This document shows, piece by piece, positions 10,210 through 23,451 of a stretch of 64,000 bases of DNA. The position numbers were made by a program, and so were the translations under genes. The notes under the pieces were generated by a model that saw only the letters and a list, made by a program, of their open reading frames with translations, did not search any database and was not told the DNA's origin. Position 1 is the stretch's first letter, and each line of letters opens with the position of its first letter. The stretch lies in NCBI GenBank assembly GCA_032718475.1, contig JAUCBJ010002985.1, positions 37,533 to 101,532 of the forward strand, given 5' to 3'. This DNA comes from Nemertoderma westbladi. Its lineage: Eukaryota > Animalia > Xenacoelomorpha.

Positions 10210-10769
10210 CTAATCACCAATATATTCTACACCTAAAGTCACAACACTAAACATTAAGAAATAATTAACCAGTTTACTAAATATAGGGTAATAAATGTGA
10301 AATTTGCTAGGTGAACACATTAAAGTACATTTACCGGTATGAAAGCAGCAAATGACTACGGTATTATTTATTCTTATTTTGCAATTATTAAAAATTTCAG
10401 GTTCATATATAACTTGAAGTTATTAGCACATTATCAAAGACAACATAAAACCCGGTATTGTTTATCAATAACCTATAGACTACAGACTTAATACTAAAAA
10501 TATAAGTACATAAATTAACAGATTTTAAAATCAAATTAATACTAGTTTTATCAAATATATGCTTTTTTACTTTTTGGAAATTATACTTACTACCTAATAA
10601 TGTAATACGACCATTTTTAAATATTAATAATGTGGCACCAAATATTTTATATATAAACTGATTTGGTTTGAGTATGTGTTTACCAGATAATTGATTTTTT
10701 TAATTCTTTCAAATTAATCGCTGACACTTGCTGGCAACTTACATTCTTATTAACTATCTGATAGTTCAT
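10210..10769 (-). pseudogene. TBP-like gene of element 1 (several frameshifts)
   Basis: Manual translation gives MNYQIVNKNVSC..INLKELK, ATLLIFKNGRITLLG, YEPEIFNNCKIR and VICCFHTGKCTLMCSP, homologous to 50895-51446. Confidence 0.8.
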
Positions 10770-13700
10770 TGTTTGGTTCCCGATAAATAGGTATATTGTT
10801 TTTCTTTATCGGTTTTTCAACCTTTGTTTGATAGTGACCCCAGGGAAGCGAATGATTTTTATTAACCCAATAAAGTTTATCGTCAAATGCGCTGAGAGCA
10901 AACGTATCTCATGCTACAGTGTACACTTTGTGTAATTGACTCTGAAATTGATGCGTTTCCTTGGAAATTTCTTCGTTATGTTTATATGCTCTTAAATAAT
11001 CTTTGTGGCAAATATTTTTATCCACAACAGCTCTTGTTATTCCTTTCGCCCGTCGTATGTTAGATTCATTCCATTCCAAAATTGAATATAATTTTGGTCT
11101 TAAAAATACTGCTTCCTTAATCTCTCGTGAGCACAACTCGTCTTTACAGTAATAGAGTCTGGATTTATTTTTATCGCTGTAGAGAGGGTGATCCTTGGGG
11201 TAATTGGATGTATCTAGAATATTATTTTTAATTAAGGCTTTTAAAAAATTATTCTGCGATGTATTATAGTAACAACCTATTAAAGAGTCCGTATCTGATG
11301 CTACAATTTCAATTCGACAGTTTAATTCTTTCTCAATAGGTAGCAATTTATTGTAGTACAACTCATACATATCCAATTTAGCCAAGTCCAAGACAGTACT
11401 ACCTACATAGACCGGCTTATCTAGTGTTACAGAGTCTTTCACTAATAAGTGACCCGATAAGGAATCATTATAAATCATGAAATTTTCGTGATTTATACGT
11501 TTGACTAATAAATCGCATTTCTCTTTGCTATTAGCGATACGAAAGTTACATCGATCTCTTATCTTCTCTATCGTTTTTCCAAATAACGAATTATTCAGAA
11601 GCTTTGCAACAGCTGTTTCAATGGAACTTTTTGCTATTCGCCTTTGATTAATATTAAAATCTATATAGGGTTTAAATACAAAGTCTTGATGGAAAGAATA
11701 CAATTTATGGAGCTTAGTAACAATTAAACCTTGTTTTATATAAAATTTTAACAGTTTCAAATTTACATGATAGAATTCCTTATCGAATTGTGTCAACATA
11801 AGTTTTGGTGCACACATCTTATACTTGCTATTAGTAGATCTTTGTTTACATACATGATTATATTGTTCCCTCATATATGGTGAAAGCATTGTCTCATTTA
11901 TACTTAAATGTTCTGGGGCTAAGGGTAGTTCTAATGTACGATCATGAATATCTTTGGGATATTTCAAATCGCAAATTAAGAAAAACCCAATATCCCCTTC
12001 AGTATCAAGATTTGTTAAATAGTTTATTAGTTCTTCTGGAGCGGCATTCTCTAAATATGTAACGTTGACTTGTTCAAAACCTGAAACAGGTAGCTTTTTA
12101 CTTAAATTACCAGAATACAAGGAATTAAAATCTATATTGAAAATATGACACTCTTCCTTGCTTGGATCATAATTATCAGTATCTGGTATATTTGATTCTA
12201 TGTAATGCTTTCGACAGAATGAAACCCCTCCTCTAATAGATGCTTCAAAATCTCTATATGTTTGGTAATCTTTTATTAATGCTAACTTACATTTATTGTA
12301 TTTCAGAGCGCAATCATAAGTGAAAGCTGCGATACTACAATAATAAACTACTTCTAATTCGTAGTTTTGTCTACATACTCTCCTAAAGTTCTCAAATATA
12401 TCAGCGAGGAGACAAACATCGAGTTTTAAGTATGCTAAAAGATAATCTTTGAGATTCGAGCAGTCAAACTGACTCCATGATGTGTTGGCAAAACTATATT
12501 CCTCGGGTGTACAGGTATTTTGTGTTAATTTACTATAAAATTTGTCTATTGATGGTAATTTCGAATCATTGAATTTATTTAAATCTGTCAGATACTCGTA
12601 GGGAAATATACCTTTTTGTTTAATTGTTGCATTATTTAAATTTGGATAAAAATATTTCATTTGCTGTTCAGTAATTGGTAGTACTGATGTTATATCCTCG
12701 CTGTCTATATCCTTTGTTGAACAATCAACTAAAGTACTTAGGGAAAAGGATAAAAATTGATATGTGTCTAAGACACGTAGCTCGATCTTAGTTTTTTCAT
12801 CTTTCACTGGTATATGCATGCTTAGTGAAATATACCTTTCAGAATTTTTAGGGATCACCTTTATATCCCAATCGGAATATTTATTGTTAGTAAAACCAAC
12901 TTGTAAAAGAAAATGCAAATCATAGTGATTGCAGTTGTGTGCAGCGAGTATATACATGTGTCGTTTCAACGATAAAGAGCGGTTACATGCGTTACAAGCG
13001 GCCGCTATATAGTTACCAGTAATATGTGAGTGATGTTTGTTTTTCTCAGATTTATCCTTAAATAAAACATTGCAATAAAAGCAAGTTTTAGCTTTCCAAA
13101 AACTTAACTTATCTACATCATTAAGTATCATCTTTTCGTGTGTATGATCTTCCGACCACTTATATAATTGGGTGATGTCATTATATACAGAGTCTAAAAA
13201 GTCTTGAATACAGTTGTTGTCGATTGTTTTTGTAAAGGTCTTCAAATAAAATTTTGGTGGATTGATTAATTCGGCACTAGGGACAATTAAATAACTTACA
13301 GCGCATGGAATATGATTCTGAATAAATTTACTGTTGCTGGATGGCTCCAAAATAGATTCTATGTCAAAATATATTACAAACAATGCTGGTAATGTTCTGT
13401 CTAAATTTCTAAAGCTAATGTGAGTTCTTTTTTCAGATGGTAGCTTCTCAACTTGACTTTTTCCTCGATAACAAGCAAGACGGTGACGTTCTAGAACATC
13501 CTTGCTGTAGGACTGAGACAAACACCGTTCACAATATTTCCTACATCCAATATGCTTACCTCTTGTATTCAACATGCGATTCAAGTTAGTTATGCAAACA
13601 TAATGTGATTGTTTACTCGTATTCTTATTTTTTACAAGTAATATATTCAATAACTCTTTATCTGGAGTGATTTTACTAAATGGTGCCTGTCTTAATATAG

Positions 13701-14616
13701 ATACTCAATTGTTGTCGTAGAGTAATAAATTAATTATATATGCTGAATTCTGTTTTTCAAAAAGTTTAATTGTAAGCGGCCATTCTGTTGGATAATCTTT
13801 GTTCCCGTTGTCAAAAATAAAATGACTCATATAATTTTTGTACTGCGAAGTACGATGTTTGTTGTTTTTCACTTTGCTGCTAAACTTTGTGGCTATAATA
13901 GCCCATTTGAAACAGTCATTATCAGCCGTTTGTATATTTATAACACATTTTTTAACTGATAGAGCCTTAGGTAACTCCATATAACCGTGACCTTTATATT
14001 CCAGTGACCTACACTTAGATTCAGCTACTTTAATTTCCACTCTTAATAAAGATTTAACGCGCCATCCTGAGCCACGAGTGTTAAATATGGCTATTTTTTG
14101 CATTAATTTTTCTAGTACATACTCAAACCATGTGTCAAAACTTTCATGTGAATCTACGGTATTAACTGCACCACCTGAAGAACTAAAATAGAAAGTTTCT
14201 TCTTGGTCTCCCTCTGAAAAATGTGATCGATACATGAGTATATTCACACCTAACCAGGGTCTAAGTACATTCATTTCGCTAAGTTTTCCTAATAATAACG
14301 TTTTGATGTGAGGTAGAATATGAACTATCGATGAATGAATATCAGGAAAATCTTCATCATTCGGAAGATTGTAAACATTTCTTTCAACATCTTCTAAACA
14401 CTCTTTATTACAAGTAGGACAAGTTTTTTCATACACGCAAAACTTCATTTCTTTACATCCCGTAGTTGATTCATGTCGTTTGCATATTTCTTCACGTGAA
14501 CATTTCACTCGACAATTAAAACAATTGTATTCTTGAAAATGTGATTTCAAGTGAGTTAAATAATTTCGTTTAGAAATTTGAAGAGGACAAAATGGACATT
14601 TCAATTGTTTATCCAT
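10750..14616 (-). pseudogene. polB: Protein-primed DNA polymerase B of element 1 (Zn fingers, terminal protein, vOTU, exonuclease, polymerase) with an in-frame deletion, a frameshift at ~13705 and a premature TGA at 10909
   Basis: RGSGW, DNDCFKWA, HYV, YFDIES, KGIFPYEY, YLKLDVCLLADIFE, DFNSLY, KLLNNSLFGK, SDTDS, LRPKLYS, RAKGI. The frame continues past the TGA as DTFALSAFDDK...LPWGHY. Confidence 0.93.
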
Positions 14617-15160
14617 CTCTTTATTATCCTAAAAACAATTTAAAATTAATATGAATATTGTTATATATATAATCAAAAAAAATTCATAAGCTACTCAACA
14701 TAAATAAAATATAATATCTAAACTTTAATTAATTTAATATTTTCAGAATGAGCTCGATTGAATCAGTTGAGCTCTTTATATATATTTCAAGTTTCTACTT
14801 ATACCAACCAATCATAAATAACAGTTACATTGGAAACTAATATCATAAATAAAGTTGCTTTTACAACTGAATTCTTTTTAATAAAATCAAGTCTAAACCA
14901 AGATGTGCATAATACGTTTTTAATTTTCATTAATAAAGTAGGTTTTACATGCTAATGTTTTATTATGGTGGTGTAATCTCACGCATTTACATGGGAATGT
15001 TTTTATACCTAATCCTGTGCTCACATTAAACTATCACCAATATTTACTCAATAAAGTCACCTTTACATGCAAATACTTTATAATAATCATGCTTTGTGTT
15101 AAAAAGTTACCTTTACTAGTTAGTGTGAAACTGAAAAAAAAGTCTCTAGTTAATAATAAA

Positions 15161-16204
15161 TCAATCTGATACTGCTTTTATATGTTCCTTATTGTAATCT
15201 GCTACCTCTTCACTTGCTTTTGTAACTTTTATTTTCTTTGTAGGTATAGAATCATTGTTGGGAATGGAAGATGTTTGAGATGTAGATCTGCGCTTTCTAT
15301 CACTCGATGTCTCTTCGATGTATGTCTTTGGATTAAATGTAGATGAAACTACTTCTGGAAATGACTTATTAACCTTAAACTTCCAAGTTGGTTGATATAG
15401 AATCGCGAAACCGTCTGCTATATCAGTTGATGAAACCTTTAACATCATATCGTAGAGAAACTCTATATGAGGTATGTCTTTATCGTAATGTAACTGTAAA
15501 TATTTGCTTTCCTTGTCTGTAATAATTACTTTTTTTTCTTGTACATTTATTTTTACTTTAAGTCGGTTAGATAAAGCTTTATCGCCCGTATCTAGCTCTG
15601 AAAAGACACCTTCGTTACTAATTTCATAATTCCATTCATACCACAATGAATTTACTTCCGATGCTGTTAAGTTAAACCCATTATAATACCTAAGACCAAT
15701 AGCATCAGAATATCTAGCTGAAATCTCCCATAGTCCCATATAAGTCGTTCCTTTATATTTGCTTACAAATCCAACAAAAGATGGGTTGGTTAAATTAACA
15801 ACAGAACACTGATTTATTATTTCGAGTGGTGGTGATAACAATTCTAATATTTCTGTCTTACTCTGAAGCAATAAATTAATGAGTGATTTGTTTAGAATTT
15901 GACATTTGCCTTGCATCTGAATATATACGTTTTCAGTAATAACACAGGTGGAAATATTTAACTTTCCTCTTGTAAATTCTATATTAGGATAAATATTACC
16001 TCTTGAAACTGGTGATTCCTTTTGTCGGTTGATTAATATTTCTAAGACGTCTAGAAGGTAGAGTGTATCCTGGTAAGAGAAGCACGTTGTTACATTGCTA
16101 TCGCTTGAGTGTAATATAAAGTACTTGCCATAAACAATACTACAGGTATATTTATTACATATAAATTTCCAAGTATTGCTTGAAGTTTTTTTAAATAAAT
16201 CCAT
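15161..16204 (-). CDS. Putative PC4-like repeat protein (ssDNA-binding/coactivator fold) with basic C-terminal NLS-like tail
   Basis: FVSKYKGTTYMGLWEI...GFNLTASEV resembles the PC4 V..FKG...IDIR....GISL..EQW pattern. Homologue at 45598-46662 aligns from the Met at 16204. Tail PTKKIKV. Confidence 0.6.
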   Translation of the reverse strand: MDLFKKTSSNTWKFICNKYTCSIVYGKYFILHSSDSNVTTCFSYQDTLYLLDVLEILINRQKESPVSRGNIYPNIEFTRGKLNISTCVITENVYIQMQGKCQILNKSLINLLLQSKTEILELLSPPLEIINQCSVVNLTNPSFVGFVSKYKGTTYMGLWEISARYSDAIGLRYYNGFNLTASEVNSLWYEWNYEISNEGVFSELDTGDKALSNRLKVKINVQEKKVIITDKESKYLQLHYDKDIPHIEFLYDMMLKVSSTDIADGFAILYQPTWKFKVNKSFPEVVSSTFNPKTYIEETSSDRKRRSTSQTSSIPNNDSIPTKKIKVTKASEEVADYNKEHIKAVSD

Positions 16205-16610
16205 AATTAGAATGAAAACTATTTTGAAAAATAAAAAAACTAAATAAATGATTATTAGATTGTAAAACTTCTGTTTATATGGTTGCTTTAATACAACAGA
16301 GTGACTTACAGTGAGGAATATAGTAGCTTCGTGTAACATATGCAACGTGTACAGCTAAATTTATTACATTAGCGTGAGTTAGAGAGTGAAATAGCAGTAA
16401 CATGTAACAGATGCAACGTGATCAATGCTAGCCCTGTCATTCTAACTTATTCAACTTAGTTGTTCGAGCAGTCACATCGATAAAAGAAATCGATTATTAT
16501 TAATAGTCGAATTACTGTATTCTATGCTATAGTAATTATGTTAAGGAACTAGAAGCTATTTGTAAACATCTGCTACCAGTGATGAAGATGAAGAATTCAA
16601 TGACTATGGT

Positions 16611-17200
16611 ATAACTCAGATATTTATTGCCTTTTTCTCTCGAGGTCCGATGGAAGAGTGTGTGGAGAATTGCGGTAAAACACTAGGGTACAGCAACGTA
16701 GCCAAGTAGCGAGTGGGTGGATAGGAAATCATTGAGTTGACAACAATCAATCAATAACAAACAACACTAAAGAGAGGGAGAGAAAAAAGTGAAAGGAAGA
16801 GTAACCATCATAGCTACGGTAGGTATACGAATAGATGGTTAGGCTACGTACTGTACAGTACAATATCATATCATATCATCGATTGAATATTTTGTTATAA
16901 CTCGGATATTTATCGCCTTTTTCTCTCGAGGTTGGGTGGAAGAGTGAGTGGTGAATTGTGAGGAGTTATAACGGTCCCGAGTTCGAACCCAGTTGAATAT
17001 TTTGTTATCTGAAAAATTGCAAAATTAATTTAGTTACTGGTGAAAAATAGTAGAAGTTACCTGTAGACACCTCTAGCATCTGTAAAATAAAGGTTGGTGA
17101 AGGTGAAAATACTGGTTGCTGAAAAATAGCGATTTGAAAAATAGTAGAAGTTACCTGTAGACACCCCTAGCATCTATAAAATAAAGGTTGGTGATTGGAT
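16611..17200. repeat. Two pairs of local ~60-bp direct repeats
   Basis: ataactc.gatatttat.gcctttttctctcgagg at ~16611 and ~16898; gaaaaatagtagaagttacctgtagacacc at ~17042 and ~17136. Confidence 0.7.
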
Positions 17201-17299
17201 GCAGTACTAGCGTTGGGTGACTAATAACGCCTCTAGCGGAATAAGCGGGAACTTGAGAAGTTACCATGGTTACGGATGAAATGCTGTCATCTGATTGGT

Positions 17300-18230
17300 T
17301 GAAATAATAACGACCACTGGTAAAGGATGAAATGGTGGCTTCTGATTGGATGCAGTACTAAAAATGGATGGTAATGATGGACTATAGGTGACCTTGGTGC
17401 AGTGTCATACAAACATATACTACTTACCTTCTGTTCCAGGATTGAACGGCAGTGCCTCTCGTGCTGTAATTCATCTTCGAGATTCGTTGATCTTTGTAGC
17501 ATTTGTTCATGATTAGATTCATATTTACTGAGTCTGGATTGCATGGCTGTAATAATGCTGAGTAGTTCATTTCTCAGGGAGTCTGTTGATGAGTTCGATG
17601 GGCTGTCATTTACTTCTTCATTTACTTCTTAGTTTCTTGCAAGATGTTGTGTACACTTTGTCAAAGTTCCATGTATATAGTTTAAAGATATCCACAGCCA
17701 GTTCGTTGGTGGTTGTACGGGATCTCAGGTGCATAGCTGTTGAGTCAACAGCGGACATGAGAAGTTTGACCTTCATGAACAGATCATCTCGTATGGCAAG
17801 AATCTTAGAGACATTAATGCTTCTCCTGTTGTAATGCTTCTCTTTTTGGCCGCTGCATTATGCTATCCAGGTCATAGTAGTAATGTTCCAAGGGGTCGTC
17901 AGTATCTTTGGTGTATGTTTCGTTGCGAATTCCGGTTGACAGGCGCGGACCTAAGTATGTAATGGTCTCTAGGGTGGAGTCTACTTTCAGCTTTGCTATT
18001 GCTCGTTCTGCTTCTAGTCCTGATCCAGAAGTGAGGTCCACAGATTCTTATCTTAGTGCGTGTTTGGATACAGTTTGGTTACGTGTGGTTGGGTATAACC
18101 CATCTGCTGTGAATTTAACAGACTCTATTACATTGTGCATCCATTTTCTTGATGCCAGACTGTCAGAGTGTATTGGTGGCACAAGGTCACTGAGGACTAC
18201 ATGTTGAGAGTGGATAATTATTTTGTAAGG
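17300..18230 (-). pseudogene. Degraded coding sequence with a coiled coil (possibly LINE ORF1-like or a host exon)
   Basis: Higher GC, broken frames (LRSRTTTNELAVDIFKLY; MQSRLSKYESNHEQMLQRSTNLEDELQHER) and a perfect AG/GTAAGT donor near 17428. Confidence 0.3.
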
Positions 18231-18599
18231 AATGATCGTTTGAGAGCATAGACAACATTGTACTTATACAAAGATCAATAATATATATTACAATGAGATG
18301 CCTTCATACCATACATCATACCATGGTGCCTTCATACCATCTTTCATATAGGGCATATACAATATATCCAACACATTCATTACAGTACAACATATTGTGT
18401 AATACAACTGTATTTAACCAGTATATTTAATTGCGTGTACAGTACACGCTAAATAAGATATATCTCTACAGTAGGCAGTGGATGTAATCATAAATAAGAC
18501 ATTGAGAGGGCCCAGGCTCACATACTGTACCACCTTCAGTGTAACCTGTCGTGAACTACTGTACAAACACTAGCTGTTTTTTAGTGTAAATATAAAGTT

Positions 18600-18784
18600 T
18601 ATTAGTAAGAAAGTAAGGTAAAGATGTTAAATCGGGGAAATTAATTATTAAAGATGTTGAAGGCCGACACCCGCTGGCAAAGTTCAAATAGAACCATATT
18701 GAAAGATATGGACCTGTTGAAAAATTCACGTTGGGACCGCGATTCGAACCAGGGACCTCTCACAAACCGTGTAGCTCTTCCTCC
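18600..18784 (-). mobile_element. tRNA-derived SINE fragment whose head is interrupted by the TTAA MITE
   Basis: Minus strand gtgagaggtccctGGTTCGAATCgc (B box) and a ttacc/ttact-like tail near 18600-18625. Confidence 0.4.
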
Positions 18785-18788
18785 TTAA

Positions 18789-20345
18789 CCCTATTAGTAC
18801 CGGGCTATAAAATGTTGTACAAATACCGGGGGGGGGGGGGTCATATTGACCCCCCCCTCTAAAATCTTCAAATTTTTCCGAAAACGTCTGATTTTTTGTT
18901 TGTACGTAGGTATCACTAGTCAAGATCCGACCGAAAAAAAAAATTTTCGAAAAAATGTACTGGGGTGGTTATATTGCAGCACCAAAATTACAAGTAGTGC
19001 ACAATTTTCAGAAAATTTGAAACTTACATTTTTCGTCTAATTGTTTTTCAATACAGGTTTTCTGGGGCGCAAAATACATTGGAAAATATTTAAAAATGAT
19101 TTGATTACTATAAATGGCTGTTTAGTCCTCTCTGCGTCGGAAAAAAATGAAAAAAACAAGTAACCAGCACTTTTCTGTTAGAACACAAAATTTTTAATTC
19201 ACTTATACGATGCTATAAATTCACATTTTCAGGTTTTCTAGGGCGCTGATTCTAATGGAATACATTTCTAAAATGCCCCATCATTGCTACTTGTATTTTT
19301 CGACGTAATTTGGCAAATTTTGGTGCTAGGACCAAATTTCGTACCCATCACCAAAAAGTACAAGTTTGCGATGTCAAGTGCTGTTTTTATTGATTCCATC
19401 GGATTCAGGACCCTCATAAACCCGTATAACGCAATAAACAAGATGATACTATCTACTGATCAATTTGCTTATTTTCCAAAATTTGGTGCTGGCACAACAA
19501 TTTTCACCCACCGGCGAAAAATACAAGTTTGAAAACTCTCATGAAATTTTTACTGATTCCATTGAATTCAGAACCCTCACAAACCCGTATAACGCAAGAA
19601 ACAAGGTGACACAATCAATTTATATATTTGATGGTTTTCAAAATTTGGTGCTAGCACCACATTTTGCACCCACTTCCGAAAAATACAAGTTTGAGATGCC
19701 TAGATCGAAAAATATATATTCCATTCAATTCAGAATAGCCATAAACCTCTAAAACGCAAGAATTAAATTGTCACAAACAATTTTATCAATTGAATGGATT
19801 TTCAAAATTTTGTGCTAGCACCAAAATTTGCACCCACCACCGAAAAATACAAGTTTGATACGCTTGGTGCAACTCGTATATATTTCATCGAAACCAGAAC
19901 CCCAAAAAACCCCAATTGCGTAAAAAACAAGTTTCACACAATCAATTTAAAAAATTGACATATTTCAAAATTTGGTGCTGGCACCAAAAATTGGCACCCG
20001 CCGAAAAAAACAAGTTTGAAATTTCTAAATCAATTTATATGAATTCCATCCAATTTCTAACACAAAAAACCGGTGTAAATCAATAATAGAGATGTTACAA
20101 TTCATATTTAATGAAATGTACTTTTCAAAAAACGTCTCAAAAAAAGTGCCAAAAGTAGGGTTAAAAAATGGTGCTATAACTCGAAAACTACCCAATATTT
20201 TTAAAAACGGTTTTCACTACTAGGAAGACAATAGATTTTTAGGAAAAGTCATAAAATTTCAGATTCCCAACTGCGTTTGTTTCAGAATTATAATAAAAAA
20301 ACCACGGGAGGGGTCATATTGACCCCCCCCCCGGGTTTAATAGGG
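18789..20345. mobile_element. Non-autonomous piggyBac-type DNA transposon (MITE, 1557 bp)
   Basis: TTAA TSDs at 18785-18788 and 20346-20349; ends CCCTATTA...TAATAGGG; subterminal palindromes ggggtcatattgacccc at both ends; no transposase. Confidence 0.88.
19310..20110. repeat. About five diverged ~162-bp tandem repeats inside the MITE
   Basis: aaatttggtgct(a/g)gcacca...aaatacaagtttg recurs at ~19316, 19478, 19640, 19803 and 19967. Confidence 0.8.
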
Positions 20346-20514
20346 TTAACCTTTACTTTACTTCCCCTTTTATATCTACCTTATAATCCCTTCGGTTAAT
20401 ACTAGACTGTCAATGCAATAGCCGCGAGCATCGGCATGTTCACAACCTCGTACTATGGTAACTCAGTATTTGCATGACAGAAAGTAACATAGTTTGAACT
20501 CACTTGGTGTCTAA

Positions 20515-23451
20515 AACCGAACTTCACTTACTATACATCACCAAACTTTACGAACTATATATAATAGACCTACATCACGGAACTTCACGAACTATACATC
20601 ACCGAACTTCACTACTGTAATTTTACATCACCGAACTTCACGAACTATAACATCCCCGAACTTCACTAAGTATACATTACCACACTTCACGAACTATACA
20701 TCACATAACTTCACGAAGTATACATCACAGAACGTCACGATATACATCACAGAACTTCACGAAGTATACATCAAAGAACTTCCCGAAGTATATATACATC
20801 ACAGAACTTCACGAAGTATATATACATCACAGAACTTCACGAAGTATATATACATCACAGAACTTTACGAAGTATAGATCACAGAACTTCACGAAGTATA
20901 CATCACAGATCTTCACGAAGTATACATCACATAACTTCACGAAGTATAACATCACAGAACTTCACGAAGTATATATACATCACAGAACTTCACGAAGTAT
21001 GCATCACAGAACTTCACGAAGTATAACATCACAGAACTTCACGAAGTATATACATCACAGAACGTCACGAAGTATATACATCACAGAACTTCACGAAGTA
21101 TACATCAAAGAACTTCACGAAGTATATATACATCACAGAACTTCACGAAGTACACATCAAAGAAATTCACGAAGTATATATACATCACAGAACTTCACGA
21201 AGTATACATCACAGAACTTCATGAAGTATACATCAAAGAAGTTCACGAAGTATATATACATCACAGAACTTCACGAAGTACACATCAAAGAAATTCACGA
21301 AGTATATATACATCACAGAACTTCACGAAGTATACATCACAGAACTTCATGACGTATACATCAAAGAACTTCACGAAGTATATATACATCACAGAACTTC
21401 ACGAAGTACACATCAAAGAAATTCACGAAGTATATATACATCACAGAACTTCACGAAGTATACATCACAGAACTTCATGAAGTATACATCACAGAACTTC
21501 ACGAAGTATACATCAAAGAACTTCACGAAGTATATATACATCACAGAACTTCACGAAGTATAACATCACAGAACTTCACGAAGTATATACATCACAGAAC
21601 GTCACGAAGTATATACATCACAGAACTTCACGAAGTATACATCACAGAACGTCACGAAGTATATACATCACAGAACTTGACGAAGTATACATCAAAGAAC
21701 TTCACGAAGTATATATACATCACAGAACTTCACGAAGTACACATCAAAGAACTTCACGAAGTATATATACATCACAGAACTTCACGAAGTATATATACAT
21801 CACAGAACTTCACGAAGTCGGCCTATACATCACAGAATTTCACGAAGTATACATCACAGAACTTCACGAAGTATAACATCACAGAACTTCACGAAGTATA
21901 TATACATCACAGAACTTCACGAAGTATACATCACAGAACTTCACGAAGTATACATCACAGAACTTCACGAAGTATGCATCACAGAACTTCACGAAGTATA
22001 ACATCACAGAACTTCTCGAAGTATAACATCACAGAACTTCACGAAGTATATATACATCACAGAACTTCACGAAGTATACATCACAGAACTTCACGAAGTA
22101 TATATACATCACAGAACTTCACGAAGTATATATACATCACAGAACTTCACGAAGTATACATCACAGAACTTCATGAAGTATGCATCACAGAACCTCACGA
22201 AGTATAACATTACAGAACTTCACGAAGTATAACATCACAGAACTTCACGAAGTATAACATCACAGAACTTCACGAAGTATAACATCACAGAACTTCACGA
22301 AGTATAACATCACAGAACTTCACGAAGTATATATACATCACAGAACTTCACGAAGTATATATACAATACAGAACTTCACGAAGTATATATACATCACAGA
22401 ACTTCACGAAGTGTATATACTTCACATAACTTCACGAAGTATACATCAAAGAACTTCACGAAGTATATATACATCACAGAACTTCACGAAGTACACATCA
22501 AAAGAACTTCACGAAGTATATATACATCACAGAACTTCACGAAGTATATATACATCACAGAACTTCACGAAGTCGGCCTATACATCACAGAATTTCACGA
22601 AGTATACATCACAGAACTTCACGAAGTATAACATCACAGAACTTCACGAAGTATATATACATCACAGAACTTCACGAAGTATACATCACAGAACTTCACG
22701 AAATAATATACATCACAGAACTTCACGAAGTATAGCATCACAGAACTTAACGAAGTATATATACATCACAGAACTTCACGAAGTATATATACATCACAGA
22801 ACTTCACGAAGTATATATACATCACAGAACTTCACGAAGTATAACAGCACAGAACTTCACGAAGTATAACATCACAGAACTTCACGAAGTATAACATCAC
22901 AGAACTTCACGAAGTATAACATCACAGAACTTCACGAAGTATATATACATTACAGAACTTCACGAAGTATGCATCACAGAACTTCACGAAGTATAATATC
23001 ACAGAACTTCACGAAGTATAACATCACAGAACTTCACGAAGTATATATACATCACAGAACTTCACGAAGTATATATACATCACAGAACTTCACGAAGTAT
23101 ATATACATCACAGAACTTCACGAAGTATATATACATCACAGAACTTCACGAAGTATATATACATCACAGAACTTCACGAAGTATACATCACAGAACTTCA
23201 CGAAGTATGCATCACAGAACCTCACGAAGTATAACATCACAGAACTTCACGAAGTATAACATCACAGAACTTCATGAAGTATAACATCACAGAACTTCAC
23301 GAAGTATAACATCCCAGAACTTCACGAAGTATATAATATACATCCCAGAACTTCACGAAGTATATAATATACATCACAGAACTTCACGAAGTATAACATC
23401 ACAGAACTTTACGATGTATGCATCACAGAACTTCACGAAGTATAACATCAC
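20515..23451. repeat. Minisatellite with 23-27-bp unit acatcacagaacttcacgaagt(at)n, left part
   Basis: Directly visible. Unit length varies with the number of AT dinucleotides; degenerate at the left edge. Confidence 0.97.

Larger units (their letters stand above)
1..16400 (+). mobile_element. Polinton/Maverick element 1 (partial: left TIR mostly outside the window, right TIR not found; right boundary approximate)
   Basis: Canonical gene set (ATPase, rve integrase, pentons, MCP, adenain on +; pPolB on -). Bases 1-34 match the inner end of the element 2 TIR. Confidence 0.93.

Noticed and set aside
16205-16345. 47-aa hydrophobic N-terminal extension of the PC4-like ORF
   Set aside because: Absent from the element 2 homologue; homology begins at the Met at 16204.
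17815-17830. tgcttctcct match to the Polinton terminus
   Set aside because: Only 10 bp, not followed by ACTACT, and no flanking TIR similarity.
20999-23259. ORFs of HHRTSRSI/ITELHEV repeats
   Set aside because: Translations of the minisatellite.
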